Source of the DNA: a virus
Taxonomy: Duplodnaviria; Caudoviricetes
DNA length: 57,125 nt
Direction: 5' to 3' (one strand)
IMG/VR virus record: IMGVR_UViG_3300027712_000036
Span: 1 to 57,125 of that record
The translations under genes were made by a program, and so were the position numbers. Below are positions 1-13,800 of this stretch, piece after piece. Under the pieces are notes generated by a model. That model was not told where the DNA came from. It did no database searches and saw nothing but the letters and a program-made list of their open reading frames with translations. The first letter of the stretch is position 1. Each line of letters opens with the position of its first letter.

Positions 1-1879
1 TCTGTTTAAGTTTATCAAATGCCTGGTCTTGTTTAGACTGTTGTGTTTGTTGTAGATAGACATCCCCTTGTTCAGCTCTAATATCATCAGCTGTACCAAT
101 ATCTTCTCCAGACATAATCTTCATAGCAGCAAGATCAAATCCACTCTTTATAAATAGTCCCTTTAGATAGTCTAATATTTTTGACCACCAAGTTTGAACC
201 TTTGCTAATAGCTCAGGTTTTTCTGTAAGGCCCTCTGAACTATTTATAATTTTTTCTGCTAACACCTTAGCTATAGCCTCTTTCTTAAGCTTACGTATAT
301 CTGGTTTACCTTCTTTAGTTTGATAGTTTGGATCTGTTCTATATTCAGCTATCACCTGATCAAGAATTCTATAACCATTTATCTCTTTTAATAATTGGTT
401 AAATAATGCAGGGTTTGTTTGTTCTAAGATTTCAACAACAAAGTGCATTGCTTCCTCAGGAAGAGATTGTGATTCCATACCATCAACCACCTGAACTAAC
501 TTTTGCATAATTAGAGCAGCACCATTAGCATCTTGTTTAACTCCATTTATAACAATGTTTTGTAAAGACTGAACATCAACTCCTATACGCTTTAAGAAAT
601 CTTTAATCATTGCTATTGTCTTAGGAGAAGCTTTTGAGCTTATAGTGGCACCTTGTTTTTGAAGCATTATAGCTTCCTCACTATTAATTTGATTAGCAAA
701 CTCTTGTTCTAATTCATCTTCAACACTTTCTATTCTACTTTTTTCAAGGTCTAATATATTGGTGGCTGTTGCAAATGCCTGAGAGTATAAAGAACTTTTC
801 TTATCTATGCCTATTAATTTCAATATATAATCCATAAGTTCTTCAAAAAGATTCTTATGATTAACATTATCAAGTGCATCAATGCTTTGAAGTTGTTTTA
901 CAAACTTAGAATCTGTAAATAGTCCAACAAAGAATTCATCTATATCATGTGTACCATACCATCCTTCTCTTGTTTCTGGATTGTATTTACCAAGCTTTTC
1001 AACAGCATGATCAAACAGTCTTTTGAAATCTTTTGTAAAGGTGTTATTTTCTCCCTTTATAGAACGATTTGAAAGAGCATGTAATATCTCGTGTAATAAA
1101 AGTTTTTCTGAAAGACCATTCTTTACACTTGCAAATTCAGCAATATGAATAGTGTTGGTTTCTGGATTGTAATATCCACCAGCTTGTTTTATTTCAGAAT
1201 TAACACTAGCAAAATAAGGTTTAGATTCCAATTCAATCTTTACATTGTTTGTATTAGCGTATGTAAGTAGCTGTGTTGCAAGCTTGTTTAATGGATGTAT
1301 AGAATTAGCTATTTTCTCTAATACAGTTGCTACATTTTGTATCAAACCATCACTGAAATATTTACTTCTAATCTTATTATCAGCTGTACGTCCTTCTGTT
1401 TCTGAAGCAATAGGACCTCCTTCATTCTTAATCTCTACAACTTTAACATGATTTGTTCTTGTATCAATGATTCTAAATATATTTGGAAAACTTCTTTGTA
1501 GCTCTTGCATCACTGCTAAGTTTGGCTTATGAACAGTTTCCAAAACTTCTTGCTTCATTACTAAGGAGCCATTGTTCACCCATCCTGATGTAATAAAGAA
1601 TGAACCTTGATATTTATTAATCACTCCCTTTAACAAACCTTTAATTGCATCTGCAGATAGATTAGGATTAATCTTAAGTGCTTTTGTTATTATTGCAGGA
1701 ATTTTTTTCTTATCAGCTGTTAACCAATCTTTCACTTGAACTGCTGTAGGATAGAAGAAATCTTCCTTCATTTTTCTAACATTAGTAGAATATCCTCTTA
1801 CAAAAGATTCAGCTAAATCAGCTCCATAAATCGCAGTTAGTTTCTTAAAATTTGTAATATTTGGATTGATACAGCTCAT
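1..1879 (-). CDS. Large virion cargo/polyvalent protein with zincin-like protease domain(s); partial, runs off window start
   Basis: Not in the ORF track. Manual translation from ATG at 1879 (MSCINPNITNF...) is open to position 1. Contains GGYYNP...HEILH (1079-1093)...DEF and a second degenerate EEAMH module. Starts 2 nt after the RNAP stop, as in crAss-like cargo clusters. Confidence 0.8.
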   Translation of the reverse strand, partial: MSCINPNITNFKKLTAIYGADLAESFVRGYSTNVRKMKEDFFYPTAVQVKDWLTADKKKIPAIITKALKINPNLSADAIKGLLKGVINKYQGSFFITSGWVNNGSLVMKQEVLETVHKPNLAVMQELQRSFPNIFRIIDTRTNHVKVVEIKNEGGPIASETEGRTADNKIRSKYFSDGLIQNVATVLEKIANSIHPLNKLATQLLTYANTNNVKIELESKPYFASVNSEIKQAGGYYNPETNTIHIAEFASVKNGLSEKLLLHEILHALSNRSIKGENNTFTKDFKRLFDHAVEKLGKYNPETREGWYGTHDIDEFFVGLFTDSKFVKQLQSIDALDNVNHKNLFEELMDYILKLIGIDKKSSLYSQAFATATNILDLEKSRIESVEDELEQEFANQINSEEAIMLQKQGATISSKASPKTIAMIKDFLKRIGVDVQSLQNIVINGVKQDANGAALIMQKLVQVVDGMESQSLPEEAMHFVVEILEQTNPALFNQLLKEINGYRILDQVIAEYRTDPNYQTKEGKPDIRKLKKEAIAKVLAEKIINSSEGLTEKPELLAKVQTWWSKILDYLKGLFIKSGFDLAAMKIMSGEDIGTADDIRAEQGDVYLQQTQQSKQDQAFDKLKQ

Positions 1880-1881
1880 AA

Positions 1882-4800
1882 TTATAATTTACATTTTAAT
1901 TCTTCAATATATTGTTCTTCAGAATAATCAAATGGAATCTCATCATATAAATTCATGATTCTTTCCAACGAACCAACCTTTTGATATAATAAAGTTTTCT
2001 GTTCTGAAGAAAGACTGTTGTGCCATTTAGCTAGTTTTGTTGTAGTTTTAACAGCAGGGGCTTCTTTCTTCTCCACTACAGGTGTAACTTTCTCTATAAC
2101 TGGAGCTTCAATTTGTTTTACAGGTTCAACTGTAGGAGTTTCACCAAGCTTAGATAGTTTAGTGTCGTATATATCATTAATCTTATCTATACTCTTAAAC
2201 TGAATCCAAGCAAGTGTTCTTAACTTAGCACTTACATTAGGACCATCCCAATTATCTCTAGTGATATTATTCTCCTTAAGATAGTCATTGATGGTGATTC
2301 CTGTTGGATTTTGGTCATCTGTAAAGATTGCATCTTTTCCAGAGATTTCAATTGTACCACCAATCTCATCATCATATTGTGCTTCTCCTTCAAAAGCAAA
2401 TCCATTTTCTTTAAATGTAAATCTTCTTTGTTCCTCAACCTTTTCTTTTGTTAATCCAGGTTCTACAACTTCAGGAGCAGATTTTATTTCTATTGGCTTA
2501 ATTTCTGGTGTAGCTGCTGCAAGTTTATTTTCTTCTTCCTGTTGCATCATCTGTTGTATTTGTTTTTCTTGTCTAGCTTTATTATACGAAGATATGACAT
2601 CTGAATCTAAAACACCTGCATAATATGAAACTAAATGTGAATCAGGAATCACTTCATTAATTCTTATTGTACCATTATTTACAACAGATGGTTTATTATA
2701 GTCATAATATTCAGAAAGCAATTGACCATCACCTGTTAAATTAACAAGTTTGTATACATGATAGGTCATTGTTCCCTTATATGTTTCTTTTGTATAAGTT
2801 AGTGGGTTCCCAAGAACATCTCTAACTTTTTGATAGCCATAATAGTCTTTAAGAGAATTATCACCAGCTCTCTTCATTATACGATAGTCTTCATCTGAAA
2901 TAGTGCGTCCTGTTCTCATATCAACTCTCACTCCTGTCCAAGGGTTTGTAACCACCCTAGGCACCTTAAGATGATCGTTTGCTAAATAGTCTGAATCATA
3001 TTTTTCACTTAGCACTAAAACTTTTCTATCTGTAGCCTCAATATTATATGCTTCTATGTTTTCAAACAAAGGAGAATAATATTGATAAACCTCACCTATA
3101 ACATCTCCCCAGGCATTCACTTGTATATCTACAGGTTCTTCATCTTTAGATGTTGAAAAGAACATAGGGTTGAATGTAGGCATTATGTTTTCATCTTTCC
3201 AATTGCCTGTAGCAAAAGCACTGTCTGCAAAATGATTAAGATCTTCACTTGCTACTAATGGGGAAATAATAGGAGACACAATAGCACTATAGTCTTCTAT
3301 AGGAACAATGTTTTTAATTGATATAGCTGACTGATATGTTCCTTGTAGGATGGATAATAGTACAATGTTCTTAAACAATTCATTTGTACTAGGATTATCT
3401 CTTAACTCTCTCATCATTCCTGTATAGAGATTCTCATCATATGCTTCTTTTATATTGGCATTTAGTTTTATGCTTTTTGCACCACCTTCTCTATTAGATG
3501 TAACTATCTCAAAGTCTTGTAGAATTTTAATTTCTGGATGGTCTTTTTTAGCAGCAGCTAGCTGTGTATCAATTGATGTACCAGTGGCAACCATAAGTGC
3601 TTGAATATCAATATTAGCTGCTCCTTTAGTTTGTACAATATAGTCAATAAAAGATGTTCTTATCTTATTAGCCACCTTTTCATATTCATCTTCACTCATA
3701 AACTCATTAGCATCTAATATTCTTTCTAATATTGGATCTAATATTCCTCTAAATTCATCCTGCTCAAATTTAAAAATAGCACCCATTGCAGCCATAGAAG
3801 AATCAATCACCAATGATTGTTTTCCTATATGGGAGTTATCTAAAATATTTTGAACAGAAGAAATAATATTTGTATTAAGGGCTTGTCTTGTTCTATATTG
3901 TTTTCTAAACAATGTATCTCCACTTGTAAATTTAGTGGTGTCATAATTTACAGCTTGTGTAAACTTAAAATTATAACTAGCCATCTTAGCATATTTCAAG
4001 AACTCATCTAACACCTTTAACTGTACAGCATTACTTCTACTATCTCCAAATCTTTTCTTTTCACTATATTCTTTAATGTTAGCTTTTAAACCAGCTTCAC
4101 TAACATCTATCTCTGCATTATCATATTCAGCCTCTGTACATATAAACTTAGCCCTTATTGCTTCAAGGTTTCTTTTACCAAACAATCCTTTTTGACCATG
4201 GTTCTCAAGCATTGTTATATATTCAGAAATAATAGGCTGAGCTAAGAAATATGCACCTCTTTCCCCACACCCAATTCTTTCTAATAACATAGTTGTTCCT
4301 ATGATTAGATCGTTTGATATGATTTTAAGAATGTAAGGATCTTTTGACACATCCACAAATGATGTTGCATATCCAGAAAGTCTTGCAGAAATAAGTTCTT
4401 TACTATTTTTAACTGTTCTTCCTGATAGAGAGGGATATTCTACACCATCTATAGTCACTGCATTATGTGGAAGAATCACTCTACCATCTCCTAAAAACTT
4501 CTGATCAAATGCTGAAGCAAGTGCAAATCTTCTTTGATCAATAAACACTTTAGACTTCTGTGAAAGTGCATGATTTGTAATATTAACAGCAGCAATACCC
4601 ACCCATCTCTTAGCTGTAACAAATGCATGTCTAAGAGAAGTCATATAGTTTCTATCTAAGATTCTATTTGGTATAGTTGATTCATCAACATCTCTTAAAC
4701 CATCTAATGTTTTAGCCAGCTTCTTTAATCCAGCATCATCTACAGGAGATATGAGTCTTTCAAAGTTTTCAGGAAGTGTAATCATCTTCTCAAGAGAATC

Positions 4801-7800
4801 ATAGTATTCATTCTCAAGAGCTTTCTTGTACATACTTTTTACAAACTTTTCCTTAAGAGCAGCTTGCATATTTTCATTTCCAAACTCTTCTAGTTGTTTT
4901 GCTATATCACCAGAAAGATCTGAACCATCTGTATATTCTTCCATTAAGCTATCTATCATGTCAGAGTATTTCTCCATAAGACCTTTTGGATCATCAAGTC
5001 CTAATGTCATAATATCTACAGCTTCTAACAGTTCTCCTTTCTTAACTATATTACCTTCAAGCTTTTGATCAAATACAGTGCTGAAGAATTCTTTTGTAGC
5101 TTCTTCACTTCCTTGATATTTAATTAAACGTATATTACCACTCTTATCTGTGTATATGGATTTAAGATACATGTTTAGTTTATCTATATCAAAATCCGAT
5201 CCAGCCTTAGTGGTTATTTCTGAAGGAACTACCACTGTAGCACCCATGTATTGAGGAAGAAAACCTTTCACTCTAAATGTTTCTGCAGAAGATAGAGATT
5301 GTGTAGGAATACGGAAACCTATTCCTCTTAATATACTTCTTCCTTCATCTGTTTTATTTAGGTAGGTTAGTATATCCTTATCAGTTTTATATTTTCCTTT
5401 ACTAAGTTTTTCTTTAAACCAGTAAGGAAGCATGATTTCACAATAAGGATCTTTTTCAGTGTAAAACTTTAATGTATCATCTGTTAATACAACATCTTTC
5501 TTTTGCTCCTCTGTAAGAGAATTGTATTGTGATTGTGAAAGTTTCATCCAGTTTCCTTTATCATCTTTCATCGCAATGCCTCTATTCTTAGTGGCCTTTT
5601 CAAACATTGTAACAGGAACCTGTACGTGAGCACCACCAGCCATCTTTGGACGATCAATAGCTTTATCAACCATTGAATAGATAATACTTCTTATTTGCAT
5701 ATAAGAAGGAGAAGCTTCAAATGGAATTCTAAATTGGTTATTTTCATCAAGCTGTATAGTGTCTTTAGCATTATCTGCCATCTCTCTTCTTAGCATTTCA
5801 TGCATAAGAGTTTCAGAAACAGATCTACCATCCTTCATTATAAACTCACCATTGATTTCCTCAATACCAAGTTTAAGAAGAAGTTCATTATATGCATTCT
5901 CATGCATCATATTTAATAGTTCAACATTACGATTGTATTCTTTTTGAGCTGCCTCACTCGCAACACCATTATCAAAAAGATCCATACTTGCAATCTTCGT
6001 AAGCTGAGATCCTCTAGTTTGTTGTTTCTCACCCTCTTGTGTAGTTTCCACCTGAATACCATAGATTTTCCAAGGAACCTGTATCTTGTTATTGAAAGCA
6101 GACTCATTAAAAGAACCATCTGTATTATACAATGAATATAATTCTTCAGCACCTTCCTTTCTACCACTCTCCATAATGATATATCCTGTATCTCTTTCTT
6201 TCATCTTCAGGTATAACTTTTCAAGATTGGTGTCTTCCACCATGCTATAATAAATAGGCATCTGAGAAAACTTATCTAACACCTGATCAAAGATGTTTTT
6301 ATTGTGCTTGTTTCCAGATACAATAGGTTTAAGAACTTCTATTGTATATTTAGGAGAATCTTTCTCAATCATCTTAGCATCTTGTTTCTTAAGAGCTTCG
6401 TTTGAATAAGTGTATTTTCCTTTCTCTGCAAGTTTGTTTCTTGTGTAAGCCATTTGCCATTGATGAAAAGCTTCTGCTTCATCAGACCATTGACCGTTCT
6501 TTTGTTTAATCTCTCTGTATGTACCATCCATAAGCCATGACATTGCATCAGCTTCATTTGTACGTCCATATGCAGAAACTAATGCAGCCAGACTACCAGC
6601 TACATTCACATCCTTAACTGTAACAGTGTTAGTGTAAGACTTGTGTTGATGATATCCAAAATCTTTAGGAGTTAGTTTAATGTCACCTGCTTTGTTATAT
6701 TTATCATTGAGATGATTATTAAACTCAGGAGAATCAAATGTAGTTCTTCTAGGAGAAAGGAAAGATTTAATACGCTTAGTTTCCTCTAGCTGACCATCCT
6801 TAATAGCAAATTGAAAAGGATCACCAAATAAGATTTTATGATATTCTATGTTATTAATTATATAGTTTGCATTTGCAAAGCCAATAATGCTATGTAATTC
6901 TTGTTCTGATAATTTATTCTTATTTAGTCTAGATTGTCTTCCTTTACTTTCTCTTTGTAAAAACTTATCATCAAGACCTTTATATGACCAACCTTCTTTA
7001 GTGGATAACACTTGTTGACCTTTTTGAAGAATGTCTATTGTCTCATCTACAGTGTTTGCTATATAGGTTTGTATAGATTCTTGAATATCAACTAAATTAT
7101 CTTTAATAAACTTATCAATTTCTGCCTGTGTAGCATTTGTAGAAATTAGATTATTTACACCAATTAATGTTTTTGGAGAAAGAATATCCTTAAAGAAACG
7201 TAATTCTTTAGCTCTGTCTTTAATACTTTTTAAACGTTCTCTATTTTTAAAATCCATTGCTAATGCAATATCATCTCTTAAATATCCAATAAACGTAGTG
7301 TTAATCTTATTTGTAGCTCTACCAGTTTCAAAATCTAAGAAGCTAATATTGTTTCCAAGATTCATCATCCATTCTGTAGAACCATCTGCAGGAATTAATA
7401 TATAATAGTCACCATTTAGATTTTGATTAATCTCTTGTGTAAATCTATCTCCTATAGTTAGTTTAGAAGTTACAATTCCTTTATCTTCATCCAACTCTTT
7501 TGTACCTTGGATGTATTTAACTTTCATTGATTTAATTCTAACACCAGCACTATTAAAGAATAGCCCACCTGGTTTAAGCACTTGACTTCCTCTAGAGAAA
7601 ACATCATTTAGTTCTGGTCTTGTTATAAGGAGTTCAGCAAGTGTTTCACATTCATTAAAATCATTCTCAAATGAAGATGGAGCATTATTATCACTAAATG
7701 ATTGTCTTCTCTTACCATCAACACCAAAATAGGTGCTATCCTGATTAGGGTTTAGCACCCTAACAAGAAGTTCAGCAAGTGTATTCATTTGGGTGTTAAC

Positions 7801-10800
7801 TCCTAATGTAGCTCCTGTAATACTAGCTATAGGTATGTCACCAAGTTCATCTTTTCCTAAATAAGTGAATATTGCACTTACAGCATCATTGAACCTTCTT
7901 CTCTGGTTTTCCTTTCCTTCAGTTTTTAGTTTGTTATAAACCTCTAATGGAAACTCTATACCAAGGCTATTCAAGAAATCAATCTGCTGTTGAGGAGTTT
8001 TAATACTCACATTAGCTAACTTTTCTCTATTAACGTTGTATGTTCTATTTTCTCTATCTTGGAATATTACAGAATCTTTTTGTTTAGATAATGCTTTAAC
8101 ATTCTCAACCCACTTGTTCTGTGTTTGTTTAATCACTCCATATAAATTAGCAGGAGCTGTATAAACCTCATCACCAGTTTTATATTGTATTAACGCATCA
8201 GGTTTTTGTTTAGCAAATGTTTGCATAAATTGTACAAACAATCTCCAATCTTCTTGTTCAAATTTAGAAAAATCTATAGTGGCATTATTTAAATCTCCAC
8301 CAAGTCTATGAAAAAATCTAACATAATTTGCATCATATTTAGCAAGATCTATAAGTTTATCTACAGCCTTTGTCACTTTATTAGTATTACAAATCTTATC
8401 TATCACTGTAGCAAATGCTCTACTAAAATTTAATAATTTATATCCTTTAGCATAAAAACTAAACTTAGCCTTAGGCATTTTTAAAGAGTTAGGAGTTTCC
8501 TGATTAGTTGCTTCTGTTTCAACAAGAGTTCCTAATGTAAGTTTAATTGCTCCTGGAGACTGCTTCTTATAATCTACAGAAAATGTTTCAGAAGCATAAT
8601 CGTTCTTATTTGAACTCTCATCATTTATGTCACCTCTTCTTTCTGGATCAAAACTAATTCCTAATGGACGAAGATTTTCTTTTGTTCTACCAACAAATTC
8701 AAACCAATCAGCATCAGACATCTGTTGTCTTTTACCTTCTTTAATAAATTGTTTTTCTATTTGGCTAAATACATCTAATGTTGTAAAATTAACAATATCA
8801 AATATTGCTCTTTTAGAACTACCAAATAAAATAAAAGAAGCTCTAGCTGACATATCATCTATAAACTCATGAGTTTGTTCCTCTGTAAAGTTTCCCACTC
8901 TTCTATATTCAGCAGCTTCATTTATTGTTGTAGGATTTAATGTTCTTTCTTTAAACTTTCCTGTATCAATTGCTTTGAACATCTCTGTTTTTAGAGATGG
9001 TTTTGAAAAGAATGATTTAACAAATTCTAAAATCCTTCTGAAGAAGTTTACAATCTTTTCTCCCAATGATCTAGCAGGAAGTTTACCTAGTCTAAAATCA
9101 GCAAAGTCATCAGCTATTCTTTCTTTGATTTGTCTATCTGTAGCTTCAGAATATTCAATTTGCTTACCAGTTTCTCTATCTAGGAACGTACCACTCTTAG
9201 ATTTAAACTCATCAATAAGTGCAGTTCTTTCTTCATCTGTAAGCATTCCTTTCCAAATACCTTCAAATATCTCATGGTATTCTGTACCTCTTAACCCACC
9301 ACGAACAAACTTAGCTACACCATTCTCATACACACCCCAAGCTTTCTCTCCATCATATGTATCAATTAAGTTTTCTAAAACCTCCCAAGGAATATTAGGA
9401 ACATTTTCTTGAGCCCATGCTTTAAACAATTGAATCTCAGCATCAGTCATTCTCTGCTGTGTACCCTTTCCCACTCTTCTGTATTCTTCATCAGGATCAG
9501 ATGTTTTATTAGGATCGTATGCAGCTGTAGGTTGTACAACCACTGGAGCAGCTGGTGTAATAATAGGAGTAGCTGCTAACTCTGCAGCTTTTTGCTTTTC
9601 TAAACGATCATTTAAAGCTATTGTTATAAACTTTAAAAGGATTTGTTCATTTGTATCTGTAAGACTATATGCACTGTTTCCTTCACTATCTTTAAGTCCT
9701 TCTAAGAATTTAATGTAAGGAGTGAGTTTTGCATCATCCTTTGCCATCTCCTTAATAAGAGTGTTAGTGATTGGTGTTACAGATACATTACCATTTTCAT
9801 CGTATGTTGATGTAAACTGTATATCTCCAATAGATTTTATGTTTTCTGTATTCACCACTTTACCCTCCATATCATTATTTCCTATCTTAGTGGTGATAGG
9901 AGGTGTTCCAACAACTGGTGTAATAACTATAGGAGCAACGACTGTTTGTACAGGAAGTTCAAGTCCTTCTAGAGTGGCATATTTTTGTTTGTATGAATAT
10001 GGAACTGAAGGTGATTGTTGTGCTACAGATGTTGACAAAGGAATATTCTCAACAGATCTTTTTGATCCATCAGGATTCACTTGTGAAAGTAGATAGGATT
10101 GATAATTGTCCCACTCTCTTTCCTGTAATGTATCACTATCATCTAAATAGTATTCGTAAAACTTATCATTAAACTTCTTTGTGAGAGAGTCATTATTAAT
10201 ACTATTGAATGTATCTTTTAGTTGATCAGTTATTTCTTGTTCCTTATTAGCAATATCAGTTACATCATAGGCAGTTTTACCTAAATATAGAGTCATAGTG
10301 TCTGTATCTATATAGATTTGATTACCACTTGTATCATTTGTTTTTCTATAATATAATACATTTTGTAAGAATTCTACACTTGCTCTATCTAATGTCTTAT
10401 CTTTTGTAAGAACTTCTGACATTTTCTTTATCACCTGATAGATTGTAGCAGATTCTTTACTATTAAACTTTCTGTTATTTAAGAATTGTAATGTATCTCC
10501 ATATTGTAATACAGGTCTTCCATTAGGAAACTTCAGCACTTGACCATTATGAGAAATGCTTCCTGCTGTAGGGATAACTATCAGTCCTTCCTGACTACCA
10601 ATCTTATCTTCTGGAATTAATAAATTTCCTACAGCATTTCTTTCTTTCACTTTAATTGTCTTTCCTGTAGCATCTTTTTCTTCTGTAACATTTTCAATAG
10701 GAATACCTCTTGAAACAGTGAAGCTGTATAACTTATATTCATTTGCAGGGGCTGCAAATAACGTAGCTCTTGTAAGTTTCCATGCAGCTGCATGTGCTTT

Positions 10801-13800
10801 AAACTGAGCTTCCTCATTTTGTCTAAACCTAGGAACAGGATTTCCTTTAGCATCTTTGAAATCATAATATATCTCAGTGGTGGGCATAGTTTGAAATATC
10901 ACTTCTGACATATCAACTTGCTCACCTATCTTACTTAATCTCTTACCTTCTTTATTTACAAAATATACATCATTACCAACTTGTTCAACAAATACTTGTG
11001 CGACAAATCCTTTGTCTAAATCAGTTGATGTAGACATATCATTTGTTCCATAAGACAGTTGTGTAAGTCCATCCAACCCTAATGCTTTCTCTTGATTAGG
11101 AGTGACAAGGATTGCTCTGATGCTTCCTCTATTTTCAAAGTTTTTAACATTGTTTAAAAACACTCTAGAGTTTCTTACATGAAGAGGTTGTGTAAGAGCA
11201 TTTATATTATCTTCTGATTCTGATATTCCAGATATAAAGAATATTGGTGTGGGCTTTAACTTACCCTCTTGGTGAAATGCTTCTGTGCTAGGATTTCCTG
11301 TAATAGTTGTACCAGAATTAAGTTGTAATTCTACTTGTTCTTTCTCTATCTTTTCAGCAAACTTCTGTAACTTCTCTTGTTCAGATTCTAACTTCTCATA
11401 TCCCTGTAATTTATCAGCAGATATGTTTTGAATATTACCAGCAAGATCTTCCACCTTGAATGTACCATCAGGATTGAGAGCTAACACCTTCACTTTAGCA
11501 AGATCTGCAAAGTCTTGGTTTAATTCATCAGCAGCCTCTTTAGCTTTAGCTTCTGTGTCATGAAATGTAATATCTCCATTAGGAGCTGTCACTTGCCATC
11601 TATCATCAGCAATTTTATCTATATTAGCAATTTTAGAAGAAGGTATTTGATATTCTCTTCCCACTTGTCCTATTTCTTTATCTCCTGCTTTGTTTACAAA
11701 TACATGAGCTGCATCATCAGGAACAATAGGTTCTGTTGCAGCAGTTGTAGGTTCTTCTGTTTTTTCTTTTGGTTCTGCATAATATTTTTCAAAACCTTCC
11801 TTACTTGAAAGAACATCATATGCTGTAGCAGCAATTGCTTTTCTTTCTTTAAGATTATTAACATCATTTCCAAAATTATGTAAATCAACTAGATGTTCAG
11901 GAGAGATGACATCATCTTTTGTAAAATCTTGATTGTTCATTTCAAAATTCAACAATTTACTAAATGTCTTAATATCAGGAACTTTATTATTAATATCAAT
12001 ATTAATTCTTTCAGAAAGACTACGTAAAGCTTTTATTCTATCTTTAACATTCTTTCTTTCTTCAGGAGTGGTTAAGTTATTAATTGTTGCACTTAGTTGT
12101 GTAGCTTGTTCCTCATAAGACTTTCCTAACTCTTTTAAAGACTTTGGATCTGTAAGTGTAGCAAGTAGATCATTATTTAACAGAGCATTTATTCCAGAAA
12201 CTTTTTGTTGAATAGATGATAGTCTATCTTTTGTATCTTGATTGATACTTGATTGATATAATAGTTCTGTTTTCCAATCATTAAACTTGTCATGCTTTAT
12301 TGAATCAAGTTTTTCATCATCAGTTTTAGGATTTATACTTTTCTTAAATGGATTTTTAAATGTATAGTTAATTACATCTGAAGATTTTTTAATACTGTTT
12401 GCTTTAGTGACTAATGCATCTACATATTCAGCAACAGTTTTTTTATTTGATTCATTAAAATCCATTCCAAAGTGCTTTTCAAACTCCTCTTTAGGAAGAT
12501 CTTTAAGCATATTCAACTGTTCAAGTGTTACATCATGCATGTCAGAACCTAAACGTGAATTAACAAAGTTGAAGAACATATCATGTTTAAAGTTTTTATA
12601 CTTAAACACATTTTTGTTTTTAACAGCATCTTGCATATCAGCAGCAATACCTAAACTGTTAACTGTATCCTTATATTGATTTGCTAATATTCCTGTTAGT
12701 CCATGTTGGTTTAATATGTTAATGGAAGCTTGTAATCTTTTTTCTCCACTTTCTCCTTTTATTCTATCTATTGCTTTCATTCCTGCACCTGTAACTAGTG
12801 CAGAAAGAGCACCTACAAACATATTTTCTATACCATCTTTGCTACCAAACTGATCTGAAAGTCCTTTTCCTGTAGAAGCAATAATTTCATTAAGTGTATC
12901 CCAATGATCAGCCTTCTTAGGATCTTTGTTCTTTGATTGATTATATCTTCTAGTGTAGTAGTCAAGTGTACCTTTTTCAGCAGCATACTGTCCACCTTCC
13001 TCATATACACCTTCAGAAAAGATGTTAGCTATTTTAGGTTTTACAAAGTCCCATATCTTACCAGGAACTCCTTCTGTAGTTTTCTTTTCAAATACATCTA
13101 AAGATCCTTCCTTAAGACCAATCTTTCCAGCTTCTTCTATATCTCTTGTAATAGAACTTGTGAATCCTTTCTTACTAGCAGATGTAAATGATTTAAAAAG
13201 ATTATCAAACTGAATAGCATTACTCACTGTAAGAATAGCCATATTAATACCAAACCTAGTATTCATAGCATTTGTTGCAGCATCTTCTATATCCTGTAAA
13301 TCTTTACCAACTGGTTCTTCACCATTATTTAATGGATCTTCTTTAAATTGTTTAACCAATTCATTCTTCACTTGGTTATATCCATCTCTTGCCTCAACAG
13401 CAGCCTCTGTTCTTGCAGATCCATAAAGACTCATTCCATATCTAAATCCACTTGTAAGTTTTGTATATTTACCAACTTCTTGAAGTTTCTTAAGATCTAG
13501 TAATTTTTCTCCTGTAATTCCATCTTTAGATGCTTGATTTAATAAAATAGAAAGATCAGATTCTCCTGTTGAACCAAGAACTCTTCCTAATTTACCTTCA
13601 GCAGAGAATAGTTTATTAAGATAGAGAGATGCTTTACCAATTTGATTTCCTATTAATGGAATCTCTCCCAATCCTTCTGTAACAAATCCTAAAGCAGCAT
13701 CTTGTACAATAGCAGAACCAATAGCACCAGCAGTAAAACCTATATTCTTTATCACCTTATCACCCCAGAAGTTAGCAGAACCTTTAGCAAATGGAACAGC

